A stretch of DNA of 40,541 nucleotides from an uncultured delta proteobacterium (GTDB lineage Bacteria; Desulfobacterota; Binatia; UBA9968). The notes below the pieces were generated by a model. That model was not told the DNA's origin. It did no database searches and saw only the letters and a list, made by a program, of their open reading frames with translations. Shown here one piece after another: positions 39,927-40,541 of the stretch (its first letter is position 1; each line of letters begins with the position of its first letter). The stretch is taken from contig CAVTUQ010000044.1 of assembly GCA_963737905.1 (NCBI GenBank), forward strand, positions 1-40,541, in the 5' to 3' direction. The position numbers and the translations under genes are program-made.

Positions 39927-40439
39927 TTATTTTGTTCGAGGGACGGCTGCCCAGGCTTCTATCTCGATAAGCATGTCCGGCAGGTCGACCCCTACCCCTC
40001 TGAGTAAGGTGGCCGGTCTCGGATGCGCCCGAAGGTCAGGCTCATTCTGTTCAAAAAAGGCGTACATCTCGTCGCGCATGTCGAACACGTCTTCTCTGCG
40101 CTTCAGAAAATAACGAAACATGACGATGTTTTTCAGGCTGGCGCCCATGATCTCCAGATTATTCTTAATATCATCCAAGCACTGGCGCGTCTGTTCTTTG
40201 ATGCCGCCCACGACTTTACCTCTGCCGGCGCGCTCCTGGTCGGGAGTTCTACAGGGCGCATCCTCAAAAGGGTCTCTGCCGGTGGATCCGGAAAGAAAAA
40301 GAATATCGACGTCTCCTTTCGTGCGAAATCCTGTCGCCCAGTTCATTTTCTCTTTGTGGTAATGCGGCCAAAGTGTGCCCCAGTCGTATTCGACTTTTTC
40401 CGCTTTCTGCTTCGCGAGGGATTCAGGGTTCTGTGCCAT
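39927..40439 (-). CDS. Rid (YjgF/YER057c/UK114) family protein
   Basis: LFLSGSTG, IKEQTRQCLDDIKNNL..GASLKNIV, MLIEIEAWA; GGAGG RBS. Confidence 0.88.
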   Translation of the reverse strand: MAQNPESLAKQKAEKVEYDWGTLWPHYHKEKMNWATGFRTKGDVDILFLSGSTGRDPFEDAPCRTPDQERAGRGKVVGGIKEQTRQCLDDIKNNLEIMGASLKNIVMFRYFLKRREDVFDMRDEMYAFFEQNEPDLRAHPRPATLLRGVGVDLPDMLIEIEAWAAVPRTK

Positions 40440-40480
40440 TTTCAATGCATCCTCCGTTCAAAGGATTCGACCAAAGCGAA

Positions 40481-40508
40481 ACCATATCAACCATAAAATC
40501 ACTGTCAA
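40481..40508 (-). promoter_or_regulatory. sigma70 promoter of the Rid gene
   Basis: Minus strand TTGACA-16 nt-TATGGT with an extended TG. Confidence 0.6.
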
Positions 40509-40541
40509 GGTGAAAATTCTGCCGCTCCATTAGAACATTGC

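Noticed and set aside
20907-40541. Genomic island or prophage integrated at tRNA-Leu
   Set aside because: No integrase, phage or transposase genes, no duplicated tRNA 3' end seen, and no obvious compositional shift by eye

Overview
Bacterial chromosomal window; gene content and order suggest a Deltaproteobacteria-like lineage, possibly Binatota (inference). Bases 1-20906 are core genes. On the minus strand, left to right: ilvN, ilvB, DUF465, tsaB, rseP, dxr, cdsA, uppS, frr, pyrH, tsf, rpsB (with a t44-like leader), rho (about 300 nt leader), rluD, ribF and cpoB-pal-tolB-tolA-tolR-tolQ. On the plus strand: pgk, a decayed tpiA remnant, secG and tRNA-Leu(GAG). Bases 20907-40541 are accessory and catabolic: a sigma54-driven small HTH gene, a UbiD decarboxylase, a bactofilin, an atypical adenine deaminase-like enzyme, an ACMSD-like amidohydrolase, a peroxiredoxin-like selenoprotein missed by the ORF track (in-frame TGA in W-U-P-Y-C plus a SECIS-like hairpin), a PqqC/CADD-like diiron enzyme coupled to a frameshifted threonine aldolase, an orphan ABC ATPase, an MBL-fold protein, and a 10 kb minus-strand run (Rid protein, two solute-binding proteins, LLM oxidoreductase, hydantoinase/oxoprolinase A and B, SDR, Pht5-like protein) with TTGAAC-core tandem repeats. 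No integrase, transposase, CRISPR array or rRNA was seen. All calls come from motif recognition by eye; no searches were run.
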